Shown piece after piece: positions 1 through 9,948 of a DNA stretch of 64,000 bases (the stretch's first letter is position 1; each line of letters opens with the position of its first letter). The translations under genes were made by a program, and so were the position numbers. The stretch spans positions 231,489 to 295,488 of the forward strand of contig CAZMHV010000002.1 in assembly GCA_964566225.1 (NCBI GenBank), written 5' to 3'. The notes beneath the pieces were generated by a model. It was not told where the DNA came from, searched no databases, and saw only the letters and a program-made list of their open reading frames with translations. This DNA is from an uncultured Gammaproteobacteria bacterium (GTDB taxonomy: Bacteria; Patescibacteriota; Patescibacteriia; Magasanikbacterales; UBA922).

Positions 1-1
1 A

Positions 2-829
2 ACTTGGAATTCTGCAGAACTGATTGCTCAGCAAATTGAATCAGTAGTTTCTGGTTGCAAAAAAATTTCATGTGAAGAAATTATTGTAGATAATGCCTCA
101 AAGGATAATACCGTTGCTTTGGTACAGTCGGAGTATCCATTGGTACAAGTGATTTCAAATTCAGAAAACAAAGGATTTGCGGCTGCCAATAACCAGGCTT
201 TGGCTTTGGCAACGGGTGAGTTTTTGCTTTTTTTGAATCCAGACATGCGTGTACAAGAGGGAAGCCTTGACACCATGTATGAATGGATGAAAGCCCACCC
301 TGATGTAGGAATTGCAAGTTGTAAATTGGTTGATGAAAATGGAAGTATCAATGAGGATGCGCAGCCTCGTCGATTTCCACGACTGCTTGATCAGCTGTGC
401 ATTCTTTTGAAATTGCCACATGTATTTCCATCGTTGCTTCACAGTTACCTCATGAAAGGATTTGATGCAAATATGGAACAAGATGTAGATTCTGTGCGAG
501 GTTCATTTATGATGATTCGTCGTGATGTGGTGACTAAACTCGGATTTGCTTTTGATCCACGGTACTATATTTGGTTTGAAGACGTGGATATTTGTCGTGA
601 AGCCAAACGTCTTGGGTATCGAGTGGTGCATACACCAGTCATTTCATGTGTGGATTATATTGGTCAAAGTTTCAAAAAACGTGACAGTGTGTGGAAGCAA
701 AAAAATTTCACTCGTAGTATGCTCACGTATTTTCAAAAATGGGAGCCATGGTATGTGTGGATGTGGATTGCTCTGTTTCGACCGCTTGGAATTGGTATGG
801 CTTCTTTGAATGAAAAATTTAAAAAATAA
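2..829 (+). CDS. GT2 glycosyltransferase (rhamnosyltransferase-like), 5'-truncated by window edge
   Basis: Frame open from position 2 (TWNSAELI...IIVDNASKD); NKGFAAANNQ, LFLNPD and FDPRYYIWFEDVD GT2 motifs. Confidence 0.85.
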   Translation, partial: TWNSAELIAQQIESVVSGCKKISCEEIIVDNASKDNTVALVQSEYPLVQVISNSENKGFAAANNQALALATGEFLLFLNPDMRVQEGSLDTMYEWMKAHPDVGIASCKLVDENGSINEDAQPRRFPRLLDQLCILLKLPHVFPSLLHSYLMKGFDANMEQDVDSVRGSFMMIRRDVVTKLGFAFDPRYYIWFEDVDICREAKRLGYRVVHTPVISCVDYIGQSFKKRDSVWKQKNFTRSMLTYFQKWEPWYVWMWIALFRPLGIGMASLNEKFKK

Positions 830-830
830 T

Positions 831-1883
831 ATGCCAAAACTTTCTGTCCATCTCGTTACCTGGAACGGTGCAAAATATGTACCCGCTCTTTTTGATTCAC
901 TCAAAAAACAGACGTTTCAAGATTGGAAATTATATATTTGGGACAATGGTTCGAGTGATGACATGGTGCAAAAAATGAAACAAGAGATTTTACATTTTCC
1001 CGTTTCGGTAGAGTGTATTGAAAACAAAGAAAATCTTGGCTTTGCAGGTGGACACAACAAACTCTTTCAAAAAACAGATGCAGAATATTTTTTGTGTCTC
1101 AATCAAGACATGGTACTTGCGGAAGATTGTTTTTCAAAACTGGTATCTTTTTTGGATACGCATAAAGATGTGGCAGTGGTTTCTCCTCGGCTCATGAAAT
1201 GGGATTTTGGAGAGCAAAAATTTACTGATTTCATTGACACCTTGGGACTCAAAGTATTTCGCAGTCGCAGAGTTGTTGAAAAATATGCTGGAAAAACATG
1301 GAGTGAATTGGAGTCAAAAATGAAACTTTCGTTTCGAGCAGAAAGGTTTCGGGGACAAACAGCTCTGGAAGTTTTTGGTGTGTCAGGAGCCTTGCCAATG
1401 TTTCGCACCAATGCTATGAAAACTATTGCCTTTGCTGACGGAACATTTTTTGATGAATCCTATCATTCGTACAAAGAAGATGTGGATGTGGCCTTTCGTT
1501 TGCGTTCAGCAGGATTTGCTGCGTATACACTCCTTGATGCCGTGGCCCATCACGATCGCAGTGCGGCAGGCCCTGCAGAAATGAGTGATGCTTCTGCCGT
1601 AAAAAATAAAAAAACGCAATCGAACTTTGTAAAATACCACAGTTACAAAAATCATCTCATGACTTTGTACAAAAACGAATATGCCAAAAACGTGACCCTT
1701 GATTTTCCATTCATTTTGTGGTATGAATTGAAGAAGTTTCTTTACTATTGTTTGTTTGATAGGGGAGTCCTCAAAGGATGGAACGATATTTGGAACATGA
1801 GAAAAGAGTTGAAAGAAAAAAGAAGATATATTACAAATAAAAGGGAAGTATCTTCTGAAGATATAAGAAAATGGTGGAAATAA
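831..1883 (+). CDS. GT2 glycosyltransferase
   Basis: MPKLSVHLVTWNG start, WDNGSSD, NLGFAGGHN, LNQD, YKEDVD. Confidence 0.85.
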   Translation: MPKLSVHLVTWNGAKYVPALFDSLKKQTFQDWKLYIWDNGSSDDMVQKMKQEILHFPVSVECIENKENLGFAGGHNKLFQKTDAEYFLCLNQDMVLAEDCFSKLVSFLDTHKDVAVVSPRLMKWDFGEQKFTDFIDTLGLKVFRSRRVVEKYAGKTWSELESKMKLSFRAERFRGQTALEVFGVSGALPMFRTNAMKTIAFADGTFFDESYHSYKEDVDVAFRLRSAGFAAYTLLDAVAHHDRSAAGPAEMSDASAVKNKKTQSNFVKYHSYKNHLMTLYKNEYAKNVTLDFPFILWYELKKFLYYCLFDRGVLKGWNDIWNMRKELKEKRRYITNKREVSSEDIRKWWK

Positions 1884-1905
1884 CTGAGTATATACCCAAC
1901 CTTCC

Positions 1906-2751
1906 ATGAAAGACATCAATATCACATTTGTAAATTATCTGTGTAAAAACGATATTGCTGACGCACTTGATTCGATTTTTTTGGATATTCAAAATTGTCC
2001 GTATAGTGTTCAAGTGACCGTTGCAGATAATTCTCAAAATCAAGATGGAATCCAAGAAATGCTGAAAGAAAAATACCCCGAGGTTGTGTATGTGAATTCT
2101 GGAGGCAATGTAGGTTTTGGCAAAGGCAATACCGTAGGATTTCAAACAGGCAAAGCGCGGTATTATTTTGCACTCAATCGTGATACTATTATTCCAGAAA
2201 ATTCCAAAACCGTTGAACGATTGATTCGTTTTATGGATGAACATCCAAAAATTGGTTGTATTGGTCCCAAACTGCTCAATATGGACGATACGTTGCAGTA
2301 TTCTTGCTATCGATTTGATCTTCCTTCAATACTTATTAAACCACTCAAACAAATTAACTTTGATAAAAAATCAAAGTTTGTAAAAAAATGGACTGATCGA
2401 CTCCTCATGATGGATTTTGATCACCACACCACAAGGCCCGTTGATTGGGTGCTCGGCGCGGCAATGGTGGTTCGCCAAGAAGTGGTGGATGCTATTGGCT
2501 GGTTTGACGAAAGATATTTTATGTATCTTGAAGATGCAGATTGGTGTCACCGAATGTGGGAAGCTGGTTGGCCTGTGTACTATGTACATGATATTACCAT
2601 CCGTCACCGATACGCACGTGATTCTGCCAAAGTCCCTGGTGTTTTCAAAGCTTTATTTAAAAATAAACTTGCTCGCATTCACTTTGTGAGTTGGATAAAA
2701 TATATTTGGAAGTGGCGAGAAAATCATAAATACTATGCAAAATTATCCTAA
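1906..2751 (+). CDS. GT2 glycosyltransferase (rhamnosyltransferase-like)
   Basis: NVGFGKGN, LNRD, VDWVLGAAM, FDERYFMYLEDADW. Confidence 0.85.
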   Translation: MKDINITFVNYLCKNDIADALDSIFLDIQNCPYSVQVTVADNSQNQDGIQEMLKEKYPEVVYVNSGGNVGFGKGNTVGFQTGKARYYFALNRDTIIPENSKTVERLIRFMDEHPKIGCIGPKLLNMDDTLQYSCYRFDLPSILIKPLKQINFDKKSKFVKKWTDRLLMMDFDHHTTRPVDWVLGAAMVVRQEVVDAIGWFDERYFMYLEDADWCHRMWEAGWPVYYVHDITIRHRYARDSAKVPGVFKALFKNKLARIHFVSWIKYIWKWRENHKYYAKLS

Positions 2752-3835
2752 AATCGCTATTGTCTACTTGTCATTTCACTGTGAGCCATATATTGATGAT
2801 GTGGTTTCTTCACTCAAAAAACTTACGTATCCCAAAGACCGTATTGAGTTTATTGTTGTTGATAATCCTCACCCACAGTATGGTTCTTCAGTTCAATTTT
2901 TGGAAGAAAATGTCATGCCGCTCTCGGCCAAAGAAATTCCTCATACAACCTTACTTATACAAAAAGAAAACTTAGGTTTTGCTGGTGGCAATAACGTAGG
3001 GGTGGAGTGGGCAATTGCCAATAATTTTGATTACGTGTATTTTCATAATAACGACGGCTTCATGGCTGCCAACTGTTTGGAACCTCTTGTCGAAACCATG
3101 GAAAATGATAAAACCATTGGTGCTGCCCAGTCACTCATGCTTTTGCATCCAGAAACCGATTTGATCAATAGTACGGGTAATGCTTTTCACTATTTAGGAT
3201 TTGGTTTTTGCAATGAATATCGCATGAAAATAAAAGATGTATCACTGCCACCGGTCAAAGAAATTTGTTATGCCAGTGGTGCTGCTTTTATGATTTCGGT
3301 GGAGATGATAAAAAAATATGGTTCCTGGGATAAAGATTTTTTTCTCTACCATGAGGATTTGGAGTGGTCTTTGAGACTTCGTATGGTGGGGTATAAAATT
3401 GTGATGGTCAGTAACTCTGTTTTTTATCACAAGTACCAGTTTGCTCGAAGCATTACAAAATTTTTTTGGATGGAACGAAATCGTTATGGTGTGATGCTTA
3501 TGTTTTTGAAGCTTCCAACCTTATTACTCTTGCTTCCTATTGGTATCCCACTCGAACTGGGACTCTGGCTCTTTGCGTTCAAAGGTGGTTGGGCACAAGA
3601 AAAAGTAAAAGTATATAAGTATTGGATGAATCCCAAAAATTGGGGTCTCTGGCTCCAAAAAAGAAAGTATATTCAGCATATACGAAAAATTTCTGACAGA
3701 ACTCTTTTGAAACAGGCAGTTTCAAAGATTGAATTTCAAGATGCCTCAACTGATAATCCTTTGGTCCATTATGTGGCCAATCCGATTATGACCGTGTATT
3801 ATAAAATTGTTGTGAGGGGATTTATCTGGTGGTAA
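2735..3835 (+). CDS. GT2 glycosyltransferase
   Basis: VVDN, NLGFAGGNN, HNND, FFLYHEDLEW; overlaps upstream stop. Confidence 0.85.
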   Translation: MQNYPKIAIVYLSFHCEPYIDDVVSSLKKLTYPKDRIEFIVVDNPHPQYGSSVQFLEENVMPLSAKEIPHTTLLIQKENLGFAGGNNVGVEWAIANNFDYVYFHNNDGFMAANCLEPLVETMENDKTIGAAQSLMLLHPETDLINSTGNAFHYLGFGFCNEYRMKIKDVSLPPVKEICYASGAAFMISVEMIKKYGSWDKDFFLYHEDLEWSLRLRMVGYKIVMVSNSVFYHKYQFARSITKFFWMERNRYGVMLMFLKLPTLLLLLPIGIPLELGLWLFAFKGGWAQEKVKVYKYWMNPKNWGLWLQKRKYIQHIRKISDRTLLKQAVSKIEFQDASTDNPLVHYVANPIMTVYYKIVVRGFIWW

Positions 3836-3839
3836 TAAT

Positions 3840-4925
3840 ATGAAAATACGAAAAGCAATTTTGACTGGTGGAGGACGTGCGACACGTTTGCATCCAGTGA
3901 CTACAACTATAAATAAGCATTTGCTTCCACTGGCTAACAAGCCAATGATTTTTCATGCTATTGAAAAAGCCGTAGAAGCCGGAGTAAAAGAAATTTTTAT
4001 TAACCTCAACCCAGGTGAAACAGAACTTCAAAAATATATTGGAGATGGGGGACACTGGGATATAAAAATTGAATTTTACGAACAGACTGGTGGACCTCAG
4101 GGAATTGCACATGTGGTAAATGAAGCACGTAAGTTTATTGGAAACGAACCATTCATGTTTTACCTGTCTGACAATATTTTGTTAGGCTCTCTGAGTGAAA
4201 TGTTTGAAGAGTTTCAAAATGGAAGTTACGATTGTATGTTGGCACTTTCACAGGTCAAAGATCCTGAGCGATTTGGTGTGCCAGTGTTTGATACCACTCA
4301 AAAATTGATCGATGTTCTTGAAAAACCACAAAATCCACCAAATAATTTTGCGGTCACCGGTATTTATTTGTATGGTCCAAAAATATTTTTTGAAGCATTT
4401 GATCGTATTGAAAGAAGTCCTCGCGGAGAATACGAAATTTCAAGTATTCACTCTCATTTTTTGAAAAATAACAAAAAAGTTGGATACAAAGAAATAACAG
4501 GATGGTGGAAAGATACTGGTCAGTGTGAAGATTTACTCTTGGCCAACAAATTGTTGTTGGATACTATGAGTGAAAATGATTTTTCACATCATGGAGTTTC
4601 TCTCCCACCGACATCCGGTAAGGTACATATTGGTATTGGTTCACAAATAAAAAATAATGTTACGCTGCGTGAACCGGTGATTGTTGCCGAAAACTGTATT
4701 TTGGAAAACTGTACGGTGGGACCCTATGTAACCGTTGGTCAGGGAACGGAAATATACAATGCCACTCTAGAAAACTCAATTGTTCTTGATAATGCCAAAG
4801 TTGATGCACCTATTAAGATCGTCGACAGTCTCATTGGTAAAAAAGCTCAAATTATTCAACGAAAAGATTCAAGTATTATTGGTCACAAAATGATTTTGGG
4901 TGACAAAACCATCGTTGAAATGTAG
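3840..4925 (+). CDS. rmlA: Glucose-1-phosphate thymidylyltransferase (long form with C-terminal beta-helix)
   Basis: LTGGGRATRLHPVT...NKHLLPLANKPMI, EKP, SPRGEYEI, WWKDTG, hexapeptide-like tail. Confidence 0.85.
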   Translation: MKIRKAILTGGGRATRLHPVTTTINKHLLPLANKPMIFHAIEKAVEAGVKEIFINLNPGETELQKYIGDGGHWDIKIEFYEQTGGPQGIAHVVNEARKFIGNEPFMFYLSDNILLGSLSEMFEEFQNGSYDCMLALSQVKDPERFGVPVFDTTQKLIDVLEKPQNPPNNFAVTGIYLYGPKIFFEAFDRIERSPRGEYEISSIHSHFLKNNKKVGYKEITGWWKDTGQCEDLLLANKLLLDTMSENDFSHHGVSLPPTSGKVHIGIGSQIKNNVTLREPVIVAENCILENCTVGPYVTVGQGTEIYNATLENSIVLDNAKVDAPIKIVDSLIGKKAQIIQRKDSSIIGHKMILGDKTIVEM

Positions 4926-4926
4926 T

Positions 4927-6411
4927 ATGGTTACTTCTCTTGTTCAATCAAAAAGCAAAACGTTTCTCGCGTTTTGTTTTTGTTTTCTCTTGGGTGTTGC
5001 TACCTTTTCTTTTGGCACACAGAGGCTTTCAAGTACTTGGGTATTTGGTGTTTTTTTTCTTGTGCTGTTTTGTGTCCCCTTATTTTTTCACCATAAAAGA
5101 GTTCGTTTTTTTCTGTTGAGTTTTTTGTTTTTTTGGTCTGGAATAGCTCGTGTTTCATTTGCGCTTCCTGTACACAATGCCGAGACACTTGCTTTTTATA
5201 ATGGTCAAAAAAGAACCTTTGAAGCACAAATTGCCGAAGAACCTGACGTTCGTACCGGAGAAGTGCGTTATATTGCCCAGGTAACCAACTTTTATTCTCA
5301 TACAAAAGTACATGGACGAGTATCAATCAAAGCTCCTTTGTATCCACGATATCACTATGGAGATACGATTGAACTTACCTGTCAGCTTCAAACTCCAGAA
5401 CCAATTGAAGGTTTTCGTTACGATAAATATTTGGCTACGTTTCGAGTGTATTCGGTCTGTACACGTCCATTGGTAACACTCAAACAGTCGCAGCAAGGAA
5501 ATTATTTTTTTACCAAAATTCTTTTGGCAAAAGATGCTTTGGCTCAAAAAATAAATACCTTGTGGCATGAGCCCTATGCAAGTTTTGTAGGTGGTATTCT
5601 CTATGGGTATCGTGGAGGCCTTGGAAATTTGCAAAATGACTTTAATCGTACCGGAGTTACCCATATTGTGGCGGTTTCAGGATTCAATATTACTCTTATT
5701 GCCAATATATTTGCATCGTTGCTACTCTCCCTCACCATTCCACGTAAAAAAGCGTTTTGGGTGACGGTGAGTGCTATTGGTATATTTGTTTTGTTTACGG
5801 GTGCCAGTGCTTCAGTGGTACGTGCTGGACTCATGGGTATCATTGCACTGACGGCTCGTCAGTTGGGACGACCCTCACGAGCCACCAATGCGGTTGTTTT
5901 TGCTTCGGTACTCATGTGTGTCCACAACCCATGGGTACTGTTATTTGATGCTGGTTTTCAGCTTTCGGTGCTTTCTACTTTGGGGCTCATGTATTTTTCT
6001 AATTTTTTTGCTACAAAATTTGCTCGTGTTCCTCAATTTTTGGGTCTGCGTGAGTCGCTTTCATCTACGTGTGCTGCTATTTTGGCTACTCTGCCCCTCA
6101 TTCTTTTTCAGTTTGGGCGTCTTTCTTTGGTTGCACCACTGGTCAATATTCTTATCTTGCCAGCCATTCCAGTAGCTATGGCGCTTTCTTTTGGCGCTAC
6201 GACTTTAGGTTTTCTTTATCTTCCGTGTGCTACAATAGTCTCATACCTTGCTTTTTTTGTGTTGAAGTACGTGGTTACCGTAGTACAGTGGTTTTCAGCA
6301 CTAAGTTTTGCTTCTGTCGAAGTGCAGATTTCGTGGTGGACAATGATTTTGCTCTATGCAATGCTTTTGTGGTGGGGAATGCGTATTCACAAAAATAATA
6401 CATCTTTATGA
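4927..6411 (+). CDS. comEC: ComEC/Rec2 competence DNA-uptake channel (DUF4131 + competence domain)
   Basis: TGVTHIVAVSGFNI, ASASVVRAGLMG, DAGFQLS; multiple TM helices. Confidence 0.9.
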   Translation: MVTSLVQSKSKTFLAFCFCFLLGVATFSFGTQRLSSTWVFGVFFLVLFCVPLFFHHKRVRFFLLSFLFFWSGIARVSFALPVHNAETLAFYNGQKRTFEAQIAEEPDVRTGEVRYIAQVTNFYSHTKVHGRVSIKAPLYPRYHYGDTIELTCQLQTPEPIEGFRYDKYLATFRVYSVCTRPLVTLKQSQQGNYFFTKILLAKDALAQKINTLWHEPYASFVGGILYGYRGGLGNLQNDFNRTGVTHIVAVSGFNITLIANIFASLLLSLTIPRKKAFWVTVSAIGIFVLFTGASASVVRAGLMGIIALTARQLGRPSRATNAVVFASVLMCVHNPWVLLFDAGFQLSVLSTLGLMYFSNFFATKFARVPQFLGLRESLSSTCAAILATLPLILFQFGRLSLVAPLVNILILPAIPVAMALSFGATTLGFLYLPCATIVSYLAFFVLKYVVTVVQWFSALSFASVEVQISWWTMILLYAMLLWWGMRIHKNNTSL

Positions 6412-7355
6412 AAAAACGTTTGTTTGCGATTCTCGGAGTTCTTTTGATCATTTTTTGTGTTATTTTGTATTTTGCCAAAAATGATATAAAAAAAATTTTT
6501 CATGAAAAAATTAACTCGAATTACATTCGTATACCTTTTGTTTCGCCGGCTCCCACAGATCACGTAGACTTGCACTTTTTGGACATTGGTCAGGGCGATG
6601 CAACACTTATTATCTTTCCAAATGGTGAAAAGATGTTGGTAGACTGTTCTCTCGATAGTCGAATTTTAGAAGCCTTGGGGCGGGTGATGTCGTATCAAGA
6701 TCATACTATTGATTATCTTTTGGCTACTCATCCTGACCAGGATCACTATGGTGGATGCGTGGATGTGTTAGAGCGATATGAAGTGAAACATATTTTTTTC
6801 ACTGGCATGAAAAAAGAAAGGAGCCAATATTTACCAGTATTTTTGGAGTCTATACAGCGTGAAAAAACAGCAGATTATACCGAAGTAAATCGTGAATCTA
6901 CGATCACTATTTCAAGTACAACCCTGCATATTTTGTATCCTGATGATACTATTGAAAAATTGGAACCACTCAAAAAACTTCCGGTAGAAAAGGCTTCCAA
7001 TAATACCTCTATTGTTTTTTTGTTGCAGTACGGTACACAAAAAGCACTTTTTACTGGAGATGCTGAATTTGAAACTGAGTCATACTTGGTCAAAAAGTAT
7101 GGAGTAACTCTCGATAGTGATATTTTGAAGGTTGGGCACCATGGCAGCAAAAATTCTTCGAGTGATATGTTTTTGCAGTATGTGACTCCAGATATTGCTA
7201 CCATTTCTTCGGGCAAAGGAAATTCGTATGGCCATCCTACCACTCGAGCCCTGAGACGCCTGCAGCGGGTTCATGCAAATATTTGGCGAACTGATGAGAA
7301 AGGTGATATACTAATACAAATGTATCCTGATCATGTCTATGTTCAAAATAAATAA
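6408..7355 (+). CDS. ComEC-associated metallo-beta-lactamase-fold nuclease (split ComEC C-terminal domain)
   Basis: LDIGQGDA, THPDQDHYGG, FTGD, LKVGHHGS, NSYGHP, RTDEKG. Confidence 0.9.
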   Translation: MKKRLFAILGVLLIIFCVILYFAKNDIKKIFHEKINSNYIRIPFVSPAPTDHVDLHFLDIGQGDATLIIFPNGEKMLVDCSLDSRILEALGRVMSYQDHTIDYLLATHPDQDHYGGCVDVLERYEVKHIFFTGMKKERSQYLPVFLESIQREKTADYTEVNRESTITISSTTLHILYPDDTIEKLEPLKKLPVEKASNNTSIVFLLQYGTQKALFTGDAEFETESYLVKKYGVTLDSDILKVGHHGSKNSSSDMFLQYVTPDIATISSGKGNSYGHPTTRALRRLQRVHANIWRTDEKGDILIQMYPDHVYVQNK

Positions 7356-8607
7356 AACGTTGGCAGTGCTTGGAGCAGGCCTTGTTTTGTTTCCAACTCA
7401 AACGGGAGCTGCTTTTAACTTTGTAGTGAATCAAGGACTATGGCTTACACCAGGAAAGTGGTTTGCCACAGATTCTGTAAAAGTATATACCGTTGTAATT
7501 AATAATAATTTTGAAAAACTCTCAGGAGATGTTCAGTTTTTTTCCAATGGAAGAAATATTGGAACAATTTCTGTGGTGAATCTCCCATTTGAAGATGCCA
7601 AGCAGGTAGGGGTAGAGCTCGCACTTTCAGCTGGTGTAAATAAACTCGAAGCAAAATTGAGTAATGTGGTTGTCCAAGAAAAAAGTGGTAAAATCACTAG
7701 CCTTACTCCTGATCAAATTTCAGGTCTCGAAGTCCAAAGAGAGTTTACCATTGATGTTGATACTGACAAAGATGACCTCGGTGACAGCGAAGATTCTGAT
7801 GATGATAATGATTTGCTTAGTGATGACCAAGAAAAACTTTTGGGTACTGATACTAAAAAAGTAGACAGTGATGGTGATACTCTGACTGACAAACAAGAAG
7901 TTGACAAAAAAATGAATCCTTTGCAGGCTGATACTGATGGTGATGGTCTGACTGATGGAGAAGAAGTAAACAAATATGGTACTGATCCGAACTCAAGTGA
8001 TACTGATGGTGATGGTATTCCCGATAAAAAAGAAATTAGTTTATCTATGAATCCCAAAGAAAAAGACACTGATGGTGATGGACTTGGAGATAAAGAAGAA
8101 CTTGATAAGGGAACAAATCCACTCAAAATGGATAGTGACGGTGATGGTATCAAAGATATTGATGAAATTAAAAAAGGTACCAATCCGATTGATGCGGATG
8201 CTGACAAAGATGGAGTCAAAGATGGTATTGATGCATTTCCTCTCGATAAAAATGAATCAAAAGATGTTGATAGCAATGGTATTGGTGATAATGCCGATGC
8301 ACAACGTCTTGCTGCGGCTACGGCTGAGCAAAAAAGGCTTTTGGCTGAGCAAGCAGCAGCGGCACAGGCTGCTGCAGAAGCTGCTGTGGCCTCAACGACT
8401 TCAGGTACGTTTCCAGCTCCTCTGGTGACAGAGACTGAACACTCAGGTGAGTCACAATCTGAAACGAGTGAGACAACGGTTTCTCCTGATGTTCAAATCG
8501 AACGAAAATGGCTTTTGGGTGGTGCGGTGGCTTCTTTTATAGGATTTTTACTTTTCTCGGCCTTGTATGCAGCCAAAAAACGACAGAGTGATGAAAATTG
8601 GGAGTAA
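7333..8607 (+). CDS. Membrane-anchored surface protein with DxDxDG Ca-binding (TSP3-like) repeats
   Basis: Signal peptide, Ig-like region, about 8 DTDGDGLxDxEE...GTNP repeats, C-terminal TM with basic tail. Confidence 0.75.
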   Translation: MSMFKINKTLAVLGAGLVLFPTQTGAAFNFVVNQGLWLTPGKWFATDSVKVYTVVINNNFEKLSGDVQFFSNGRNIGTISVVNLPFEDAKQVGVELALSAGVNKLEAKLSNVVVQEKSGKITSLTPDQISGLEVQREFTIDVDTDKDDLGDSEDSDDDNDLLSDDQEKLLGTDTKKVDSDGDTLTDKQEVDKKMNPLQADTDGDGLTDGEEVNKYGTDPNSSDTDGDGIPDKKEISLSMNPKEKDTDGDGLGDKEELDKGTNPLKMDSDGDGIKDIDEIKKGTNPIDADADKDGVKDGIDAFPLDKNESKDVDSNGIGDNADAQRLAAATAEQKRLLAEQAAAAQAAAEAAVASTTSGTFPAPLVTETEHSGESQSETSETTVSPDVQIERKWLLGGAVASFIGFLLFSALYAAKKRQSDENWE

Positions 8608-9361
8608 TCGTTTTCTTTTTATACTCTTTTTTGGGTTAGTTTTTTTTCCATCTTCTTTGTGGGCTGTTACTGATAGCGACGCAGATGGACTTGTTGATGA
8701 ACAAGAAATTTTATTTGGAACCAATGTGCAGCTTGGGGATACAGACAACGATGGGTTTACTGATTTTGAAGAAATAAAAAATGGATTTTCACCACTTGAA
8801 GCCAATGGCAAAACGTTTGATGTCATTGATACTGATACTGATGGGCTGCTGGATTGGCAAGAACTGTGGTTTCATACGAGCAAAGAGATTGTGGATACTG
8901 ATGGCGATGGATTTTCTGACTACGAAGAAGTAATGTTTGGTTTTTCACCCACAGATATTGTTCGTTCTCCTGTGTTGGAGAGAAGTATTCTTGTGGATAA
9001 AACCAAACAGCATTTGTACTACCTGGTAGATGGTATTGCCCTAAAAAACTTTCCAGTTTCCACAGGGCTTCCCGCAACACAGACTCCGACAGGAAAGTTT
9101 TCAATTTTGAAAAAAGTTCCGGTCATGCGTTATACAGGGGTAGGCTATGATTTCAAAGGTGTAAAGTGGAATCTGCAATTTTTACCTCGGTATTATCTAC
9201 ATACTGCTTACTGGCACAATGATTTTGGTAAACGGGTCCGTTCTCATGGTTGTGTCAACATGCGTGAATCTGATGTCGGAGAACTCTACAAATATGTGAA
9301 TGTGGGAATGAGTGTAAATATTATTGGGGAGACGCCCAAAAAATTGTATGTTGGGAAGTAA
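8591..9361 (+). CDS. L,D-transpeptidase (YkuD family) with N-terminal DxDxDG repeats
   Basis: Signal peptide, DTDGDGFSD repeats, FPVSTG, TPTGKF, HTAYWH...SHGCVN catalytic motif. Confidence 0.85.
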   Translation: MKIGSNRFLFILFFGLVFFPSSLWAVTDSDADGLVDEQEILFGTNVQLGDTDNDGFTDFEEIKNGFSPLEANGKTFDVIDTDTDGLLDWQELWFHTSKEIVDTDGDGFSDYEEVMFGFSPTDIVRSPVLERSILVDKTKQHLYYLVDGIALKNFPVSTGLPATQTPTGKFSILKKVPVMRYTGVGYDFKGVKWNLQFLPRYYLHTAYWHNDFGKRVRSHGCVNMRESDVGELYKYVNVGMSVNIIGETPKKLYVGK

Positions 9362-9390
9362 ACTCACTTGAAAAATTTTGTCAAAAAAAT

Positions 9391-9420
9391 AAAAAGTACC
9401 CAGTATATTGGGTACTTTTT
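9391..9420. terminator. Bidirectional intrinsic terminator
   Basis: AAAAAGTACCCAG-TATA-TTGGGTACTTTTT between convergent LDT gene and tRNA-Ser. Confidence 0.8.
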
Positions 9421-9423
9421 TGT

Positions 9424-9513
9424 TGGCGGAGAGGGCGAGATTCGAACTCGCGGAGGACTTGCATCCTCAACAGTTTTCAAGACTGCCGCCTTAAACCGCT
9501 CAGCCACCTCTCC
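9424..9513 (-). tRNA. tRNA-Ser(TGA)
   Basis: GGAGAGG...GCAGT-CTTGAAA-ACTGT, long variable arm, GTTCGAATC, encoded CCA. Confidence 0.97.
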
Positions 9514-9549
9514 ATGGATACAATCAATCAATAACTCTAGAGTATTAAG

Positions 9550-9623
9550 CGGGCTGGACGGGGGTCGAACCCGCAACTTCTGCCGTGACAGGGCAGTGCT
9601 CTAACCAGTTGAACTACCAGCCC
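9550..9623 (-). tRNA. tRNA-Asp(GTC), CCA not encoded
   Basis: GGGCTGG...CTGCC-CTGTCAC-GGCAG...GGTTCGACCCC...CCAGCCCG. Confidence 0.96.
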
Positions 9624-9664
9624 ACTTAGTACTCTAGGTACCTGAAAGATTATATGCTGAAAAA

Positions 9665-9781
9665 TTACGCTGCTTTTGCTGCTGCTTTGATAGCACGTTT
9701 CAGCTTGTTTTTATCGCGTTTTACTTTTTCAATTTTTCGATCCGCTTTCCATTTTGTGCGGATTTTCTTTCGCATTCCCAT
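9665..9781 (-). CDS. 38-aa highly basic small protein (absent from ORF track)
   Basis: MGMRKKIRTKWKADRKIEKVKRDKNKLKRAIKAAAKAA*; lies directly behind a consensus promoter and upstream of the tRNAs. Confidence 0.7.
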   Translation of the reverse strand: MGMRKKIRTKWKADRKIEKVKRDKNKLKRAIKAAAKAA

Positions 9782-9809
9782 ATGGGGATATTTAGAAGTA
9801 ACAGGGAAT

Positions 9810-9838
9810 ATAATACCCGAATTCAATATATTTGTCAA
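9810..9838 (-). promoter_or_regulatory. sigma70 promoter for small basic ORF and tRNA-Asp/tRNA-Ser
   Basis: TTGACA-17 nt-TATTAT on minus strand. Confidence 0.8.
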
Positions 9839-9839
9839 C

Positions 9840-9942
9840 AAAAAAGACCCACAAGGTGATCAACGCGAGCATTGGGAGCAAAGGAGGGGGTGCCCCCGCT
9901 CAAACGTCGATCACTTTATGGGCCATTTGAATTTTGCTACGA
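9840..9942 (-). ncRNA. Candidate ~100-nt hairpin sRNA with anti-SD-like apical loop
   Basis: Own promoter; 20-bp basal stem (9905-9924 with 9846-9865) whose G-U pairs work only on minus strand; loop CCCCCUCCUU; ends in U6. Confidence 0.7.
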
Positions 9943-9948
9943 TGTCTA

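Noticed and set aside
7740-8300. CRISPR-like periodic repeats
   Set aside because: The periodicity comes from coding DxDxDG repeats. There are no identical repeats with spacers and no cas genes.
9364-9604. ORFs overlapping the tRNA genes (also 11895-12089 over tmRNA)
   Set aside because: Spurious translations of structural RNA genes.
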